Origin: Limnothrix sp. BL-A-16
GTDB lineage: Bacteria > Cyanobacteriota > Cyanobacteriia > CACIAM-69d
Reading direction: 5' to 3'
Length of the DNA: 64,000 nucleotides
Assembly (NCBI GenBank): GCA_041937175.2
Contig: CP166615.1
Span: 1,472,001-1,536,000 of the forward strand
In this document: positions 1 to 10,889 of the stretch, one piece after another
How positions within the stretch are numbered: the first letter of the stretch is position 1
How the letters are laid out: every line of letters starts with the position of its first letter
Position numbers and translations under genes: made by a program
The notes under the pieces: model-generated
Database searches by the model: none
What the model was told of the DNA's origin: nothing
Seen by the model: only the letters and a program-made list of their open reading frames with translations

Positions 1-114
1 CAGGGCCACCGTCAACAGCATTGCTTGGCCATAACGCCGAGCCAGGTGGACTGAGCGAGTCCGAAGACCGAAAAGTGACTGATCCATAGGAAAAATCTGC
101 AACACAGCAAGCAT
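1..114 (-). CDS. 5' end of a gene running off the left edge (possible N-terminal signal or membrane segment)
   Basis: Read by hand: ATG at 114 (alternative at 87) opens MLAVLQIFPMDQSLFGLRTRSVHLARRYGQAMLLTVAL, with no stop before base 1. Confidence 0.45.
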   Translation of the reverse strand, partial: MLAVLQIFPMDQSLFGLRTRSVHLARRYGQAMLLTVAL

Positions 115-322
115 GGTGATTCGTCCTGAAGCTGGATCCCTGCGCTGGTTATAGAGCGAAGGAGGCAGGTTTGCAGGAGTTGCTCCCATTCTGGTCGAGC
201 GGTTGAGCGATCACCCAGGATTTGGATCGATCGGTCAATTGACCATTTCGAGCCGCCTCGATCGAGGGGCGATCGAGCAAGATTTTGCCCCCATGCGACG
301 ATGCTGCTGAGAACCCCGCAGG

Positions 323-1636
323 CTACAAGTCCCGATGGGTAAAGGGTTTAGCATCGGCTCCGGCATAGGTGGCCGCCACATGCCCCTGGCCCGTTAGGCG
401 ATACTTATAGGTCACTAGACCTTCTAGCCCAACGGGGCCACGCGGTGGGAGGCGATTGGTGCTAATCCCCACCTCTGCTCCGAATCCATAGCGGAAGCCA
501 TCGGCAAAGCGCGTGGAGCAGTTGCGATAGACCCCGGCCGCGTCCACTTCGGCCAGGAAGCGATCGGCGGCGGCATTGTCTTCCGTCACAATGGCTTCCG
601 TATGGCCCGATCCATAGGTGGTGATGTGGTCGATCGCCTCGTCCAAGTCCGCCACGATTTTGATCGACAAAATCAAATCGCTATATTCCGTTGCCCAATC
701 GGTTTCCGTGGCCGGGGCGATCGCGCAAATGCCTTGCAATAATTCACAGGTGGCCGCATCCCCGCGTAATTCCACCCCCTTGGCCACCAGGGCCCGGGCC
801 AGCTCCGGCAACCCCTGCGGGGCGATCGCCCGGTGAATCAACAGGGTCTCGATCGCATTGCAAGCGGACGGATATTGGGTTTTAGCATCCACCGCGATCG
901 GCACTGCTTTGGTTAAGTCCGCGGCCTCATCTACATAGAGATGGCAAATGCCGTCCGCATGGCCCAGCACCGGAATCCGCGTGTTGTTTTGCACAAACTG
1001 CACAAAGGCATTGGATCCCCGAGGAATAATCAAATCCACGTAGCGATCGAGTCGTAGCAGTTCCAAGGTTTCCTCCCGCGTGGTCAGCAGTCGCACGGCC
1101 GCCGGATCCACCGCTGAGTTTGCCAAGCCCCCGTGAATCGCCTCAATCAGCGCTTGGCAGGAGCGCACCGCCTCCTTGCCCCCTTTCAGGATCACCCCAT
1201 TCCCGGAGGCGATCGCCAGGGCCGCAATTTGCACCACCGCATCGGGGCGAGCTTCAAAAATCACCCCCAACACCCCCAGCGGACAGGTCACCCGCTCCAA
1301 AACCAGCCCTTGATCCAGTTCCCGGTGAATTTGCCGATCGCCCAAGGGATCCGGCAACTGGGCCAAGTCGCGCACTCCAGCGATCGCCCCCGCCAGCTTC
1401 ACCGCATCCAGCTTGAGCCGGCCATAAAGTGCCGAAGAAATTCCCTCCGCTTGGGCCGCTGTGCAATCTGCTTCATTGGCCGCCACAATCGCCGCCGCCC
1501 GATCGCTCAAAGATTGGGCCACCGCTTCCAAGGCCGCCCGTCGATCGGCCGTCGGCAGCAGCGCCAAAGCGCGGGCCGCCTGGCGGGTTTGGCGCGCAAG
1601 ATCAACCAACGTGGTCGCAGATGAAGCAACAGTCAT
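323..1636 (-). CDS. proA: Gamma-glutamyl phosphate reductase (glutamate-5-semialdehyde dehydrogenase)
   Basis: Motifs [57 protein letters not shown]. Likely start MTVASS at 1636; the ORF extends to 1684. Confidence 0.95.
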   Translation of the reverse strand: MTVASSATTLVDLARQTRQAARALALLPTADRRAALEAVAQSLSDRAAAIVAANEADCTAAQAEGISSALYGRLKLDAVKLAGAIAGVRDLAQLPDPLGDRQIHRELDQGLVLERVTCPLGVLGVIFEARPDAVVQIAALAIASGNGVILKGGKEAVRSCQALIEAIHGGLANSAVDPAAVRLLTTREETLELLRLDRYVDLIIPRGSNAFVQFVQNNTRIPVLGHADGICHLYVDEAADLTKAVPIAVDAKTQYPSACNAIETLLIHRAIAPQGLPELARALVAKGVELRGDAATCELLQGICAIAPATETDWATEYSDLILSIKIVADLDEAIDHITTYGSGHTEAIVTEDNAAADRFLAEVDAAGVYRNCSTRFADGFRYGFGAEVGISTNRLPPRGPVGLEGLVTYKYRLTGQGHVAATYAGADAKPFTHRDL

Positions 1637-2096
1637 GATCGCAACAGCACAGGGAGCAAAAGGGGTAAAAGACAGTATAGGCAAGGACGGCCCATCCCAT
1701 GGGCCATGACTCCGTTTGGGATCGGGCGGGGTTGGTTAACGGGGTTTGAAGGTTGACGGGGTGGCGATGCATCCCGATCGGGAGGGTTTATGAAGATGGT
1801 TTATAAAATTTTGTAACAACACCCAAACCGGGTCTCAGGGGGGCAAAAGGTATCTAGGCGGGCGATCGCAACGATTTTTGATCCTTAATGTCCAATCGTT
1901 ACTCAGTCCCACAGAACCGAGAAAGGCTTGTGAAATAAAGGCTTTCGCCATTGTCAACCGCGATTTAACGGACTGCCATTGGGTCACGCGCTGTCTTGGA
2001 ACTGGCTCAAACCCGCGAAGTTGCTACAAAACTTTCACTTCACATCGAAAATTGTCGGGCTAGAATCGCTGGAAATACCGAACTTGAGGCGTTTCC

Positions 2097-2372
2097 ATGA
2101 ACAAGGGCGAACTGATTGACCAAATTGCAGCAAAGGTCAATACCACCAAAAAGGAAGCAGATGCCATCTTGACCGCTGCCATTGAAGTGATCATGGATGC
2201 CGTGGCAGAGGGCGAAAAGGTGACCCTGGTGGGGTTTGGTACGTTTGAGCGCCGCGAGCGCCAGGCCCGCGAGGGGCGCAACCCGAAGACCGGCACGAAA
2301 CTGAAAATCCCCGCTACCAAGGTTCCGGCCTTTTCAGCGGGCAAACAGTTCAAGGAGTCGGTTGCTCCTTAA
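2097..2372 (+). CDS. hup: HU family DNA-binding protein
   Basis: MNKGELID...VTLVGFGTFERRERQAREGRNPKTG...PAFSAGKQFKE. Confidence 0.96.
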   Translation: MNKGELIDQIAAKVNTTKKEADAILTAAIEVIMDAVAEGEKVTLVGFGTFERRERQAREGRNPKTGTKLKIPATKVPAFSAGKQFKESVAP

Positions 2373-2470
2373 TTGTCGGCGCAAATTCTAGGCGCAAATT
2401 CCAACTCCCAGGCTCAACCCCCTAACCATTGTTCGATGGTTAAATTGTTCAATTTCTGTTGGCAAAGGAA

Positions 2471-2511
2471 AGCCCCGAGCTGGTTTCGCCAGGCCCAGGG
2501 CTGTTTTTTTT
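2471..2511 (+). terminator. Probable rho-independent terminator between convergent hup and dacB
   Basis: Imperfect GC stem AGCCC...CTGG-TTTCG-CCAG...GGGCT followed by a T8 run. Confidence 0.6.
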
Positions 2512-2513
2512 AC

Positions 2514-3743
2514 CTAGGGGGTGAGTTCCGATGAACTGGGGGCATTGGGCCGGGGCACACCCGGTCGCCACCAAGGCAGCAGGGGCCGCAATGTGCCGTC
2601 GGGTTCGGTGGGCTGATTCAGCATGGGGTTGGCTTCGGTGTCCCACCCATCACAGGGCCGCATCTGAGCGAGGGTCAACACCACTCGATCGACCGCTGCA
2701 ACCAAGGTGTCGCCATCTTGACCCGGTTGATTGACCAACACGCTAAAAACCAAGGTGTTGTAAAGCGGGTGTTCCATGTAGCCCGATAGGGCCCGGACTC
2801 CCCGGAGCGTGCCGGTTTTGGCGGAAACACGACCTTGAACCGGTGTGTTGCGGAAACGACGGCGCAGCGTGCCGGTTTGGCCCGCGATCGGGAGGGAGCT
2901 GCGGAAAATGTCGCTTCCCTTGGCTTCGGTCATGGATTCCAATAAATGGACAAAGGCACGGGGCTGCACGGCATTGCTGCGAGACAGGCCAGACCCGTCA
3001 CTCATGCGATATTCACCACGATTAACGCCCAAGGGAGCCAGGGCCCGCTGCACGGCCCCGGAGCCGCCAATCGATCGAAACAGGGAATCGGCGTAGCCAT
3101 TGTCGCTGTTGACGTTAATGGTGCGCACCAAGGTGCCCAAGTTGGAGTTTTTGAGTGGGGTTTGACCGTCATAGAGTTGCAGGGCCGCCGCCGTCACAAA
3201 CAATTTCATGTTGGAGGCGGGAATCAACGCTTGGATGCTGTTGCGATCGAACAGGACGTTATTCCCGGCCAGGGTTTCTACCCGAATCCCCCAGCGGGCC
3301 GATCGAAAAGCAGGGGCATCAATAATGCGGCTTAAGGCTCCGGCCAGTTGGTTGCTGCAAACCCGAGGCGTTTGGGCCAGCAGGGACTTGCCTTCCACGG
3401 TTTCGATCGGCTCCTGCTTGGCGGTTTCCGGTTCGATCGAGTCCGGCTCAATCAATTCGGTTTCGCTAACTGGCTTGCGAGTGATGGTGGTTCCGGGAAC
3501 CAACTCCGTTGCAGAAGTCGGATTCAGCGCCTTAGACAGCGGTTTTGGAGCGCGCGCGGGATCCGTCGTGGGGTTGGGCGCGGAGGCCGCTGACGGCGAG
3601 ATCGCCTCGGTTTGTGAAACGCTAGTCGGTTCAACGGCTGGGGTTGCTTGGGCGTTGGCCAGGGCTGGTTCAGTCAGCAAACCACCACCCAACGCCAAAC
3701 CCAAACCAGCCAAACCAGCGATCCATCGGGGTTGCTCAGACAT
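2514..3743 (-). CDS. dacB: D-alanyl-D-alanine carboxypeptidase/endopeptidase (peptidase S13, PBP4-like), compact form
   Basis: SxxK (PASNMK), SxN (NSDN), DGSGLSR and KTGTL motifs; N-terminal signal peptide followed by a Pro/Glu-rich linker. Start 3743 or 3782. Confidence 0.88.
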   Translation of the reverse strand: MSEQPRWIAGLAGLGLALGGGLLTEPALANAQATPAVEPTSVSQTEAISPSAASAPNPTTDPARAPKPLSKALNPTSATELVPGTTITRKPVSETELIEPDSIEPETAKQEPIETVEGKSLLAQTPRVCSNQLAGALSRIIDAPAFRSARWGIRVETLAGNNVLFDRNSIQALIPASNMKLFVTAAALQLYDGQTPLKNSNLGTLVRTINVNSDNGYADSLFRSIGGSGAVQRALAPLGVNRGEYRMSDGSGLSRSNAVQPRAFVHLLESMTEAKGSDIFRSSLPIAGQTGTLRRRFRNTPVQGRVSAKTGTLRGVRALSGYMEHPLYNTLVFSVLVNQPGQDGDTLVAAVDRVVLTLAQMRPCDGWDTEANPMLNQPTEPDGTLRPLLPWWRPGVPRPNAPSSSELTP

Positions 3744-4310
3744 CTGTTGGATTTTCCTTAAAGGCACGACCGTTCTGCACATCCCTGCGAGTCAGTCCAA
3801 TCCTCAGGATTAGGACGGGACACCTGAACCAGTTCCACAAGGCCCCAACCGGTGATAGGCGGCCGTGTTCAGCGGCTGCCCCCTTTGGCGGTGGGAGAGG
3901 AACGGCGCGATCGAGCAGGATCGGTGACCCCAAGCATTGATCGCACTCAGAACCAGCCCATTGACTCGGATGGCAACTCCGAGGACTTAGCGACTAGGGC
4001 GATCGCAAAAACGGGTGTGAGTCGCGGCGATCGTCCAACGGCCTTGGCCGAATGGCGCTAACCCTCAGCAAATCTGAGGTCATCAGGCTCGTGATGGCCC
4101 ATCAGCACAAATTGCCCTCAAGAATATCAGACCTCGGCCAGTGGCCTAGCTGGATCAACCGGCCGGCGATCCCCGTCCAAACCAGTTCTTCACCATCCGA
4201 AAACTCCCATCATCACTAGCTTTTTCCCGATTCTGGTTTGGGGATCGCTGCTGCGGCTGTTCGTCAGCAAATCCTGAACTATCGGAAAAATTTGGGCGAT
4301 CAATTTGGGC

Positions 4311-4333
4311 GTAGGGGTGGGGTCTCCCCGCCT
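4311..4333 (+). repeat. GTAG-type REP-like hairpin
   Basis: GTAG-GGGTGGGG-TCT-CCCCGCCT imperfect palindrome in an intergenic region. Confidence 0.45.
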
Positions 4334-4393
4334 AGCCCCCGTGATCTATACAACTCAATGCAATTGGCGTGCAATGGTAGGATGGCTTCTGGT

Positions 4394-4416
4394 TTATTGC
4401 AAGTTATTCTCAGGTT
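4394..4416. promoter_or_regulatory. Putative Fur box upstream of futB
   Basis: TTATTGCAAGTTATTCTCAGGTT resembles the cyanobacterial Fur consensus TTATTGAGAATnATTCTCAATAA and sits directly before an iron permease start. Confidence 0.6.
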
Positions 4417-4422
4417 TTGGGC

Positions 4423-6144
4423 ATGACCGTCGCCGATCGCCGCTGGCCGCCGCTGAATTTTAATCGCTTCCGTTTGCACCCCTTCAGCTTCACGGAAGGG
4501 TTGTGGATCTGTGCAACGGTGTTGGCGGCGGTGGCGGTGGGCGTGCCGCTCCTGGCCTCAATTGCAGCCGCCCTAAGCGCCAGTGGCCAAACCTGGAACC
4601 ACCTGACCCGAACCGTGCTGGGGGAATATGTGTCGGCTTCGGTGGGGTTGGCCATCGGGACGGCGGGCCTGGCGATCGGTCTGGGGGTGGCTACGGCTTG
4701 GCTGGTGGCGGCCACCCAGTTTCCCGGGCGGCGATGGTTTGAATGGCTGTTGCTGTTGCCCTTGGCCTTCCCGGCCTATCTGTTGGCCTATGTCTACACG
4801 GATTTGCTGGATTTTTATGGGCCCATTCAGTCTTGGGTGCGATCGCTTACGGGCTGGAAATTCGGTGAATATTGGTTTCCCCCCATTCGATCGCTGCCCG
4901 GGGCCATTTTGATGATGGGCCTAGTGCTCTATCCCTACGTCTACATGCTGGCGCGGGTGGCCTTTCTGGAGGGGGCAGCCAGCCTGCTGGAGGCGGGCCG
5001 CACCTTGGGTCTGAATCCCTGGCAGGGGTTTTGGCGGGTGGCTTTGCCCATGGCCCGGCCCGCGATCGCGGGAGGCGCAGCCCTGGTGATGATGGAAGCC
5101 CTGGGCGATTACGGCACGGTGGAATTTTTTAGCGTTAACACCTTTGCGGTCGGTATTTATCGAACCTGGTTTGCCATGGGCGATCGCCCGGCGGCCTGTC
5201 AACTGTCGGCCCTGCTGTTGGGGACGGTTCTGTTGTTGGTGTGGGTGGAGCAACGATCGCGCGGCGGGGCTGGCTATCGATCGGGCGGGGCCTATGCGGT
5301 GCAAGCACCCTACTCCCTCAGGGGTGCGCGGGCGATCGGGGCCTGGGTGGTTTGTGGGTTGCCGCTGTTTTTGGGCTTTGGGTTGCCGGCCCTGCTTCTG
5401 GCCAGCATGGCAATTCGCAATCCCAATAGTCTTCTTGATCCCAGCTTCTTGCTCTACGTGCGCAACACCGCCGTAGTGGCTAGCTTGGCGGCAGTCACGG
5501 CGGCGATCATTGCCGGAACTGCCGTGTATGGGGTGCGGGTGGTTTCGGGCCCCCTGATGCGGTTCCTGTTGAAAATCATGGCGCTGGGCTATGCGATTCC
5601 CGGATCCGTGGCCGCCGTGGGCGTTTTGATTTCAGTCGGTTGGGTTGATCAACAGTTGGCGACTCAACCCTTGGCGATCGCCCCGGAAGCGGGAGCCGCA
5701 TCTTCGGGTTTGTTGTTGAGCGGCACGATCGGGGCCTTGATTTTTGCCTATTGGGTCAGGTTTTTAGCCCTGGCCCTGAACCCGATTGAAGCGAGCCTCG
5801 ATCGAATTGTGCCCAACCTGGATGGGGCGGCCAGAATTGCCGGATTGTCGCCGGGGGGCGTTTTGTGGCGTGTCCATGTGCCCATGCTGCGCGGGGGGCT
5901 GCTGACGGCCTTGCTGTTGGTGTTTGTGGATACGGTGAAGGAGTTACCGGCCACGCTGATTGTGCGCCCGTTTAATTTCGATACCCTGGCCGTGCGGGCC
6001 TATCAATTGGCCTCCGATGAACGGATTGTGGATGCGGCGGGGCCCGCTTTGGCGATTGTGGCGGTGGGGATTGTGCCGGTGGCGCTGTTGAGTTGGCAAA
6101 TTTCCCGATCGCGCCCCCGTCGCCTCCCCAACGAGTTTAGGTAG
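4423..6144 (+). CDS. futB: Iron(III) ABC transporter permease (FutB/FbpB)
   Basis: FPGRRWFEWLLLLPLAFPAYLLAYVYT, LYPYVYMLAR, KELPATLIVRPFNFDTLAVRAY; two ABC permease halves. Confidence 0.92.
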   Translation: MTVADRRWPPLNFNRFRLHPFSFTEGLWICATVLAAVAVGVPLLASIAAALSASGQTWNHLTRTVLGEYVSASVGLAIGTAGLAIGLGVATAWLVAATQFPGRRWFEWLLLLPLAFPAYLLAYVYTDLLDFYGPIQSWVRSLTGWKFGEYWFPPIRSLPGAILMMGLVLYPYVYMLARVAFLEGAASLLEAGRTLGLNPWQGFWRVALPMARPAIAGGAALVMMEALGDYGTVEFFSVNTFAVGIYRTWFAMGDRPAACQLSALLLGTVLLLVWVEQRSRGGAGYRSGGAYAVQAPYSLRGARAIGAWVVCGLPLFLGFGLPALLLASMAIRNPNSLLDPSFLLYVRNTAVVASLAAVTAAIIAGTAVYGVRVVSGPLMRFLLKIMALGYAIPGSVAAVGVLISVGWVDQQLATQPLAIAPEAGAASSGLLLSGTIGALIFAYWVRFLALALNPIEASLDRIVPNLDGAARIAGLSPGGVLWRVHVPMLRGGLLTALLLVFVDTVKELPATLIVRPFNFDTLAVRAYQLASDERIVDAAGPALAIVAVGIVPVALLSWQISRSRPRRLPNEFR

Positions 6145-9100
6145 ACTCATTCCACTCGGGCTGCTCGATCGGGATTTCGATCAAGAACTCCGTGCCGCCT
6201 CCCTCTGCGGGGCGACAATCAAGGGTTCCGCGATGTTTTTCCACCACAATTTGATAGGAAATGGACAGGCCCAGCCCCGTACCTTGGCCCACGGGCTTGG
6301 TGGTGAAGAACGGATCGAATAGCTTAGAGCGCACTTCATCGCTCATGCCGTTGCCATTGTCGGCAATCAGAATTTGTACCCGTTCTCCAACCATCAATTC
6401 CGTGGTGATCGTCAGCCGGGGCATCACGAGCGAGGTTGCAATGGGCCGCTCCTCAGGGTTTTCACTAATCCAAACCTTGCTGTTGTTGCTGCTGCCGGCC
6501 ACGAGAGAGGCTTCTTCTACCTGGGCCGATCGCAAGGCTTGGGCTCGCAAATTGCGCGATCGCCCATACCGGTCTTCCAAGGCATCGATCGCATTGCTAA
6601 TCACATTCATAAACACCTGGTTCAATTGCCCCGCGTAGCAAACCACCAGGGGCAGATCACCATAGTGTTTTTCCACTTCAATTCCAGGGAAATTGCTATT
6701 GGCTTTGAAGCGATGTTGCAAAATCAGCAGCGTATTTTCGATTCCCTCGTGGATATTCACCGGCTTCATTTCCGCCTGATCCAAGCGCGAGAAGTTCCGC
6801 AAAGAGGCGACAATTTGCCGAATTCGTTCCGCTCCTAACTGCATGGATTGCAGGGTTTTGGGCAAATCATCACAGAGGAAGTCCACGTCAATGTCCCGCG
6901 AGAAATTGGCCACCGCTTCCGTCGGCACAGGATAGCTATCCCGGTAATGCTGAATGAGCGAAAGCAACTCTTGCGTGTAACGGCGGGCATAGGTCAGGTT
7001 GCCATGGATGAAGGTGGTGGGGTTGTTGATTTCATGGGCAATCCCGGCCACCATCTGCCCCAGACTGGACATTTTCTCGTTCTGAATGAGCTGGGTTTGG
7101 GCGGTTTTCAGCTCCTGGAGGGCGGCGCTCAGGCGCTTGGCTTGATCTTGGGCCTGCACAGCGGTGACCTGGGCCTTGGCATAGAGTTCCGCTTGGTCGA
7201 TCGCGGTGGATAGCTGGTCGGTCACAGCGCGCAACAGCTCCACTTCCCGCTCACTCCACGTGCGCACCTGGGCACTTTGGCCGCATTCAATCACCCCGAT
7301 CGCCCCGGAGCGGGTTTGCACCGGCAAGGCTAGCAGGGAACGATAGCCCCGATCCTCCATCGTTTGCCGCAGGGTGGGATTATCCAACCGCGACACATCA
7401 TCGGCCCGCACACACTTGCTCCACATCAACTGCTGGAGGAAGTAGCTGGCGTGGATATGGTGATAGGGGCCGAGGGCACTGGGCACGGCCGGGGTGCGGG
7501 ACTCGTTCACCACATCCCAAGCCGGAATGCCACCGCCCGCATCGGTGATATACCAAGCGAAAAGACAGCGATCGGTATCCAACAGGTTACGGATACCTTG
7601 GACGGCCGATTCCAGCACCGTATCCAAATCCAGGGAGTTGCGAATTTGGGCTGCCAACTGAAACAACAGGGCCTCGCGGCGAGTGGTCAGTTCCTGGCGG
7701 GCTTGGGCGCGGTCAATCCCCACGGCGATCGCGCTGGCCAACCAACCCAGGGCATCCTGAACCGCTTCCGCGAAGGGTTCCACACGATAGAGCGCCAACG
7801 CGCCCACCAGCCGATCCTCCACCACCAACGGGAAGCCCGCAAAATGCACTTCTGTGCGGGATTTGCCTTGATGGGGAATCAGGGCGCATTCACTGCGGAA
7901 CAGGGGATTGCGCGATCGAGCCACGGCCGCCACCGTGGACAACTCCGGAGTGCTCAGGCTGATTTTGTCTCGCAGGGCATCATCCAGCAGGGGAATATCC
8001 AGGTGCAGTGTGTTGTTGGTATTGCGATTGACCTGGGCTTGCAGGGTCAAGTAGGTGGGGTCTAAGTCCACCGTCCAGACGCGGGCCAGGTTGCAATCCA
8101 GTTGGCCGGCCATCATTTCGGCACAGGTTTGCAAAATTTCCGAGAGTTCGCCCCGTTGACAAAGGGCCACACCCACTTCCGCTTCCAAAATCGAAAGGCG
8201 CGATCGCTCCATCAGGGTTTCCTGGGCCCGTTTGCGATCGGTGATGTCCTCAACGGTTCCTTCATAACAAACCAGCCGCCCAGCTTCGTCGAGCAGGGCG
8301 GAGGCATTTTCCGAGATCCAGATATGTTGCCCATCCGCTCGGTACACTTCCGATTCAAACCCGGAAACGCTGCCGCTGGTCTCCAGCATGTTCAGCAGTT
8401 CCCGCGCCCGATCAATCTGGACGTAGGGCGGCCCACCCATCCGATCGAACGCTTCGATCAGCGCGGCTGGTGACTCATAGCCATAAAGGCGAGCCATGGC
8501 CGGGTTTGCACTCAGGTAGCGACCATCGGGCAAGGCTTGGTAAATACCCTCGATCGCGTTTTCAAAAATGCTGCGGAACCGTTCTTCGGCTTCGCGCACG
8601 GCCCGTTCTGCTTCCTTGCGCTCGGTGATGTCGATCCCCAGCACAAAGGCCGCTTGGTCGTTGTTGTATTTTTGGGCCACCACCAAATAGCTTTCGATGC
8701 GATCGCCCACCGGTCGCGACACTTCGCGCGTGGCCTCTTGGATCGGAGAAGCAAAAAATTCCGCCACAAATTCTCGGAATTCTTGGCCATACCCCAAAAA
8801 GCCGATGTCTTGGCCAATAAACTCTTCTGGGGCGCGGCCGAAGCTTTCGGCCAAGTGGTGGTTGACTTCCAGATAACGCAAATCACGGCCCACTCGCGAC
8901 ACCGTGCCGGGCACAGCGGCCAAAATCGCTTCCAATCGATCCTTCAGGGTGCGCAGGCTGGCTTCCGATCGGCGGCGCTCCGTGATGTCTTCAACCGTGC
9001 CTTCGTAATAGAGCAATTCGCCGTCTTCGTCGTAAACCGCCCGGGCCGATTCGGAAATCCAAATTCGGCGACCATCGGCCCGGTAAACCTCCGACTCAAA

Positions 9101-10774
9101 ATTGGAGAGAGATCCCTTTTGACGAATTTGTTCAACGAATTCCTTGCGTCGGTTGGGATTGACGTAGAGATTTTGGGTGGCATTCAGGGCCAGCAGCAGC
9201 ACATCGGGCCCGCTGTAGCCATAGATGCGGGCCAAGGCCGGGTTTGCACTCAGGTAGCGACCATCGGGGGTGGTTTGGAAAATGCCCTCGATCGCGTTTT
9301 CAAAGATGCTGCGGTATTGGGCTTCGGCGGCGCAAACGGCCGATTGGGACACTTGCAGGCGATCGAGCGTGGCGTTCAAAATAGCCGCCAACTCCGACAA
9401 CTCATCGGTTCCGGGCATCACCTCCACCCGCTGAGTGGGGTTGCCGCTGGTACCGATCGCGCTGACTTGTTCACTCAGCCGCATCAACCGCGCCAACACC
9501 AAGCGCTCCAGCAGCAGCAGGGTAATGGCCCCAAAAATTAAGCCCCCCAACACCAACAGCACCAGGGTGTAGCGAAGGCTAATTAGCCCTCGGTTATAGA
9601 TGGCGCGATCGAGTTCAACCCGCACCAACCAAGCCGGCTGTCCATACAAATCATCCAACAGGGCATAGCTGGCCAGACGATTATCGGAAAGGGTTTCGAT
9701 CGCCACCGTTTCTGTGCCCAACAGCAGGGCCTTCACCGCCCGATGGCGCAAAACCTCCGGCCCCTCAGTTCCCGAGTTCGATCGGGAATCGTCGATGGCC
9801 GGGGGCATTGTCGCGGCGGAAATTCTGGCAACTTTGGGCGACTGAGGTGATTGGGGTTGGGTAGATTCGGGTTGAACGGATTCTGGGGGCGTAGAACTCA
9901 GCCGGGTTGATTGCGGTTGAATCTGTTCAGTGGGCTGAACCAGTGCTGATGGCTTCGATCGCTCAGGTGTTGATGTAGGGGGGGTTGGTGTGGACTGTTG
10001 CGGTGTGGACTGTTGTGGCGCTGGCGTAACGTCAGGAGCCGATCGGGCAACGAGGGGCAACTTGGTAAGGGCTGAAGGTAGCAAAGACCGGCGACCGGAA
10101 CTGGCCGGGAGCTTGGCCCAAGCACCTGAGGGTTGTACGATCCCATGCAAACTTTGCAGGCTCAGGTTGAGTTGAGTTAAGCGGCTGACCCGTTCAATTT
10201 CCGGCCCAGCCAGAAACCGCCCCAGTAACAAGGTTCCGCGAATTGGCCCCTCCGCCTCGCTGGTGACGATCGGGCGGGCCGCCACCATCATCGGCCCCTC
10301 GGGCAACTGCAACAGGCCATGAACGGCACTGGTGGTTGATGAGTGGGTGAGCAGCGGGCTGCCCGGTTGCAAGTGTTCCCAAAGGCTGCGGGGAATCGGT
10401 GCGCGCTGCCGGCTTTCCAGGTTGTAGCCCTGTTGCAGGAGGGGCTTTCCCGATCGATCCAGCAAAATCAGAGCATTCAGCCGCAAGTAGTCGAAGGTGC
10501 GATCGACAAAGTTCGATCGCTCATAGGCAGGATCATGGGTTTCCACAAAGCTGTAGGTGGTGTCCCATTCGGAATAGTCCCGCGCCGTCGCATCCAGATC
10601 CGTGGCGTTGTCCATCAAGACGCTGATGGCCCGCTGCACATCGCGCTCCACCTCACGCCGCTCAAGCTGGCTATAGCCATCTAGCAGGAGGTTGGAGGAT
10701 GTTGTGAACATCACCAAGTTTAAGCAGAGCAGCGCTAGTCCAACAATGACCAGCGTTTTGAGCCGTAATTTCAA
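6137..10774 (-). CDS. Membrane sensor histidine kinase: CHASE4-like, HAMP, 3 PAS, 2 GAF, HisKA, HATPase
   Basis: DYSEWDTTY (CHASE4); two near-duplicate PAS (SIFENAIEGI) flanking a third; H-box GIAHEINNP; QLNQVFMN; PFFTTKPVGQGTGLGL. Confidence 0.92.
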   Translation of the reverse strand: MKLRLKTLVIVGLALLCLNLVMFTTSSNLLLDGYSQLERREVERDVQRAISVLMDNATDLDATARDYSEWDTTYSFVETHDPAYERSNFVDRTFDYLRLNALILLDRSGKPLLQQGYNLESRQRAPIPRSLWEHLQPGSPLLTHSSTTSAVHGLLQLPEGPMMVAARPIVTSEAEGPIRGTLLLGRFLAGPEIERVSRLTQLNLSLQSLHGIVQPSGAWAKLPASSGRRSLLPSALTKLPLVARSAPDVTPAPQQSTPQQSTPTPPTSTPERSKPSALVQPTEQIQPQSTRLSSTPPESVQPESTQPQSPQSPKVARISAATMPPAIDDSRSNSGTEGPEVLRHRAVKALLLGTETVAIETLSDNRLASYALLDDLYGQPAWLVRVELDRAIYNRGLISLRYTLVLLVLGGLIFGAITLLLLERLVLARLMRLSEQVSAIGTSGNPTQRVEVMPGTDELSELAAILNATLDRLQVSQSAVCAAEAQYRSIFENAIEGIFQTTPDGRYLSANPALARIYGYSGPDVLLLALNATQNLYVNPNRRKEFVEQIRQKGSLSNFESEVYRADGRRIWISESARAVYDEDGELLYYEGTVEDITERRRSEASLRTLKDRLEAILAAVPGTVSRVGRDLRYLEVNHHLAESFGRAPEEFIGQDIGFLGYGQEFREFVAEFFASPIQEATREVSRPVGDRIESYLVVAQKYNNDQAAFVLGIDITERKEAERAVREAEERFRSIFENAIEGIYQALPDGRYLSANPAMARLYGYESPAALIEAFDRMGGPPYVQIDRARELLNMLETSGSVSGFESEVYRADGQHIWISENASALLDEAGRLVCYEGTVEDITDRKRAQETLMERSRLSILEAEVGVALCQRGELSEILQTCAEMMAGQLDCNLARVWTVDLDPTYLTLQAQVNRNTNNTLHLDIPLLDDALRDKISLSTPELSTVAAVARSRNPLFRSECALIPHQGKSRTEVHFAGFPLVVEDRLVGALALYRVEPFAEAVQDALGWLASAIAVGIDRAQARQELTTRREALLFQLAAQIRNSLDLDTVLESAVQGIRNLLDTDRCLFAWYITDAGGGIPAWDVVNESRTPAVPSALGPYHHIHASYFLQQLMWSKCVRADDVSRLDNPTLRQTMEDRGYRSLLALPVQTRSGAIGVIECGQSAQVRTWSEREVELLRAVTDQLSTAIDQAELYAKAQVTAVQAQDQAKRLSAALQELKTAQTQLIQNEKMSSLGQMVAGIAHEINNPTTFIHGNLTYARRYTQELLSLIQHYRDSYPVPTEAVANFSRDIDVDFLCDDLPKTLQSMQLGAERIRQIVASLRNFSRLDQAEMKPVNIHEGIENTLLILQHRFKANSNFPGIEVEKHYGDLPLVVCYAGQLNQVFMNVISNAIDALEDRYGRSRNLRAQALRSAQVEEASLVAGSSNNSKVWISENPEERPIATSLVMPRLTITTELMVGERVQILIADNGNGMSDEVRSKLFDPFFTTKPVGQGTGLGLSISYQIVVEKHRGTLDCRPAEGGGTEFLIEIPIEQPEWNEST

Positions 10775-10889
10775 ATTTGCTACCTCCTACTCAAACCCCT
10801 GGATGCGTCCCTGAATGACCGGCCCGAATTTGGGTTTGGGTCTTGGCCGCGATCGGGCGATGTGTCTCTGTGCCTTGATGGGAACCGCC

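Noticed and set aside
7200..8200. Bilin-binding photoreceptor GAF domains in the large kinase
   Set aside because: No chromophore-binding Cys-His motif or DIP/DxCF-type signature at the expected positions
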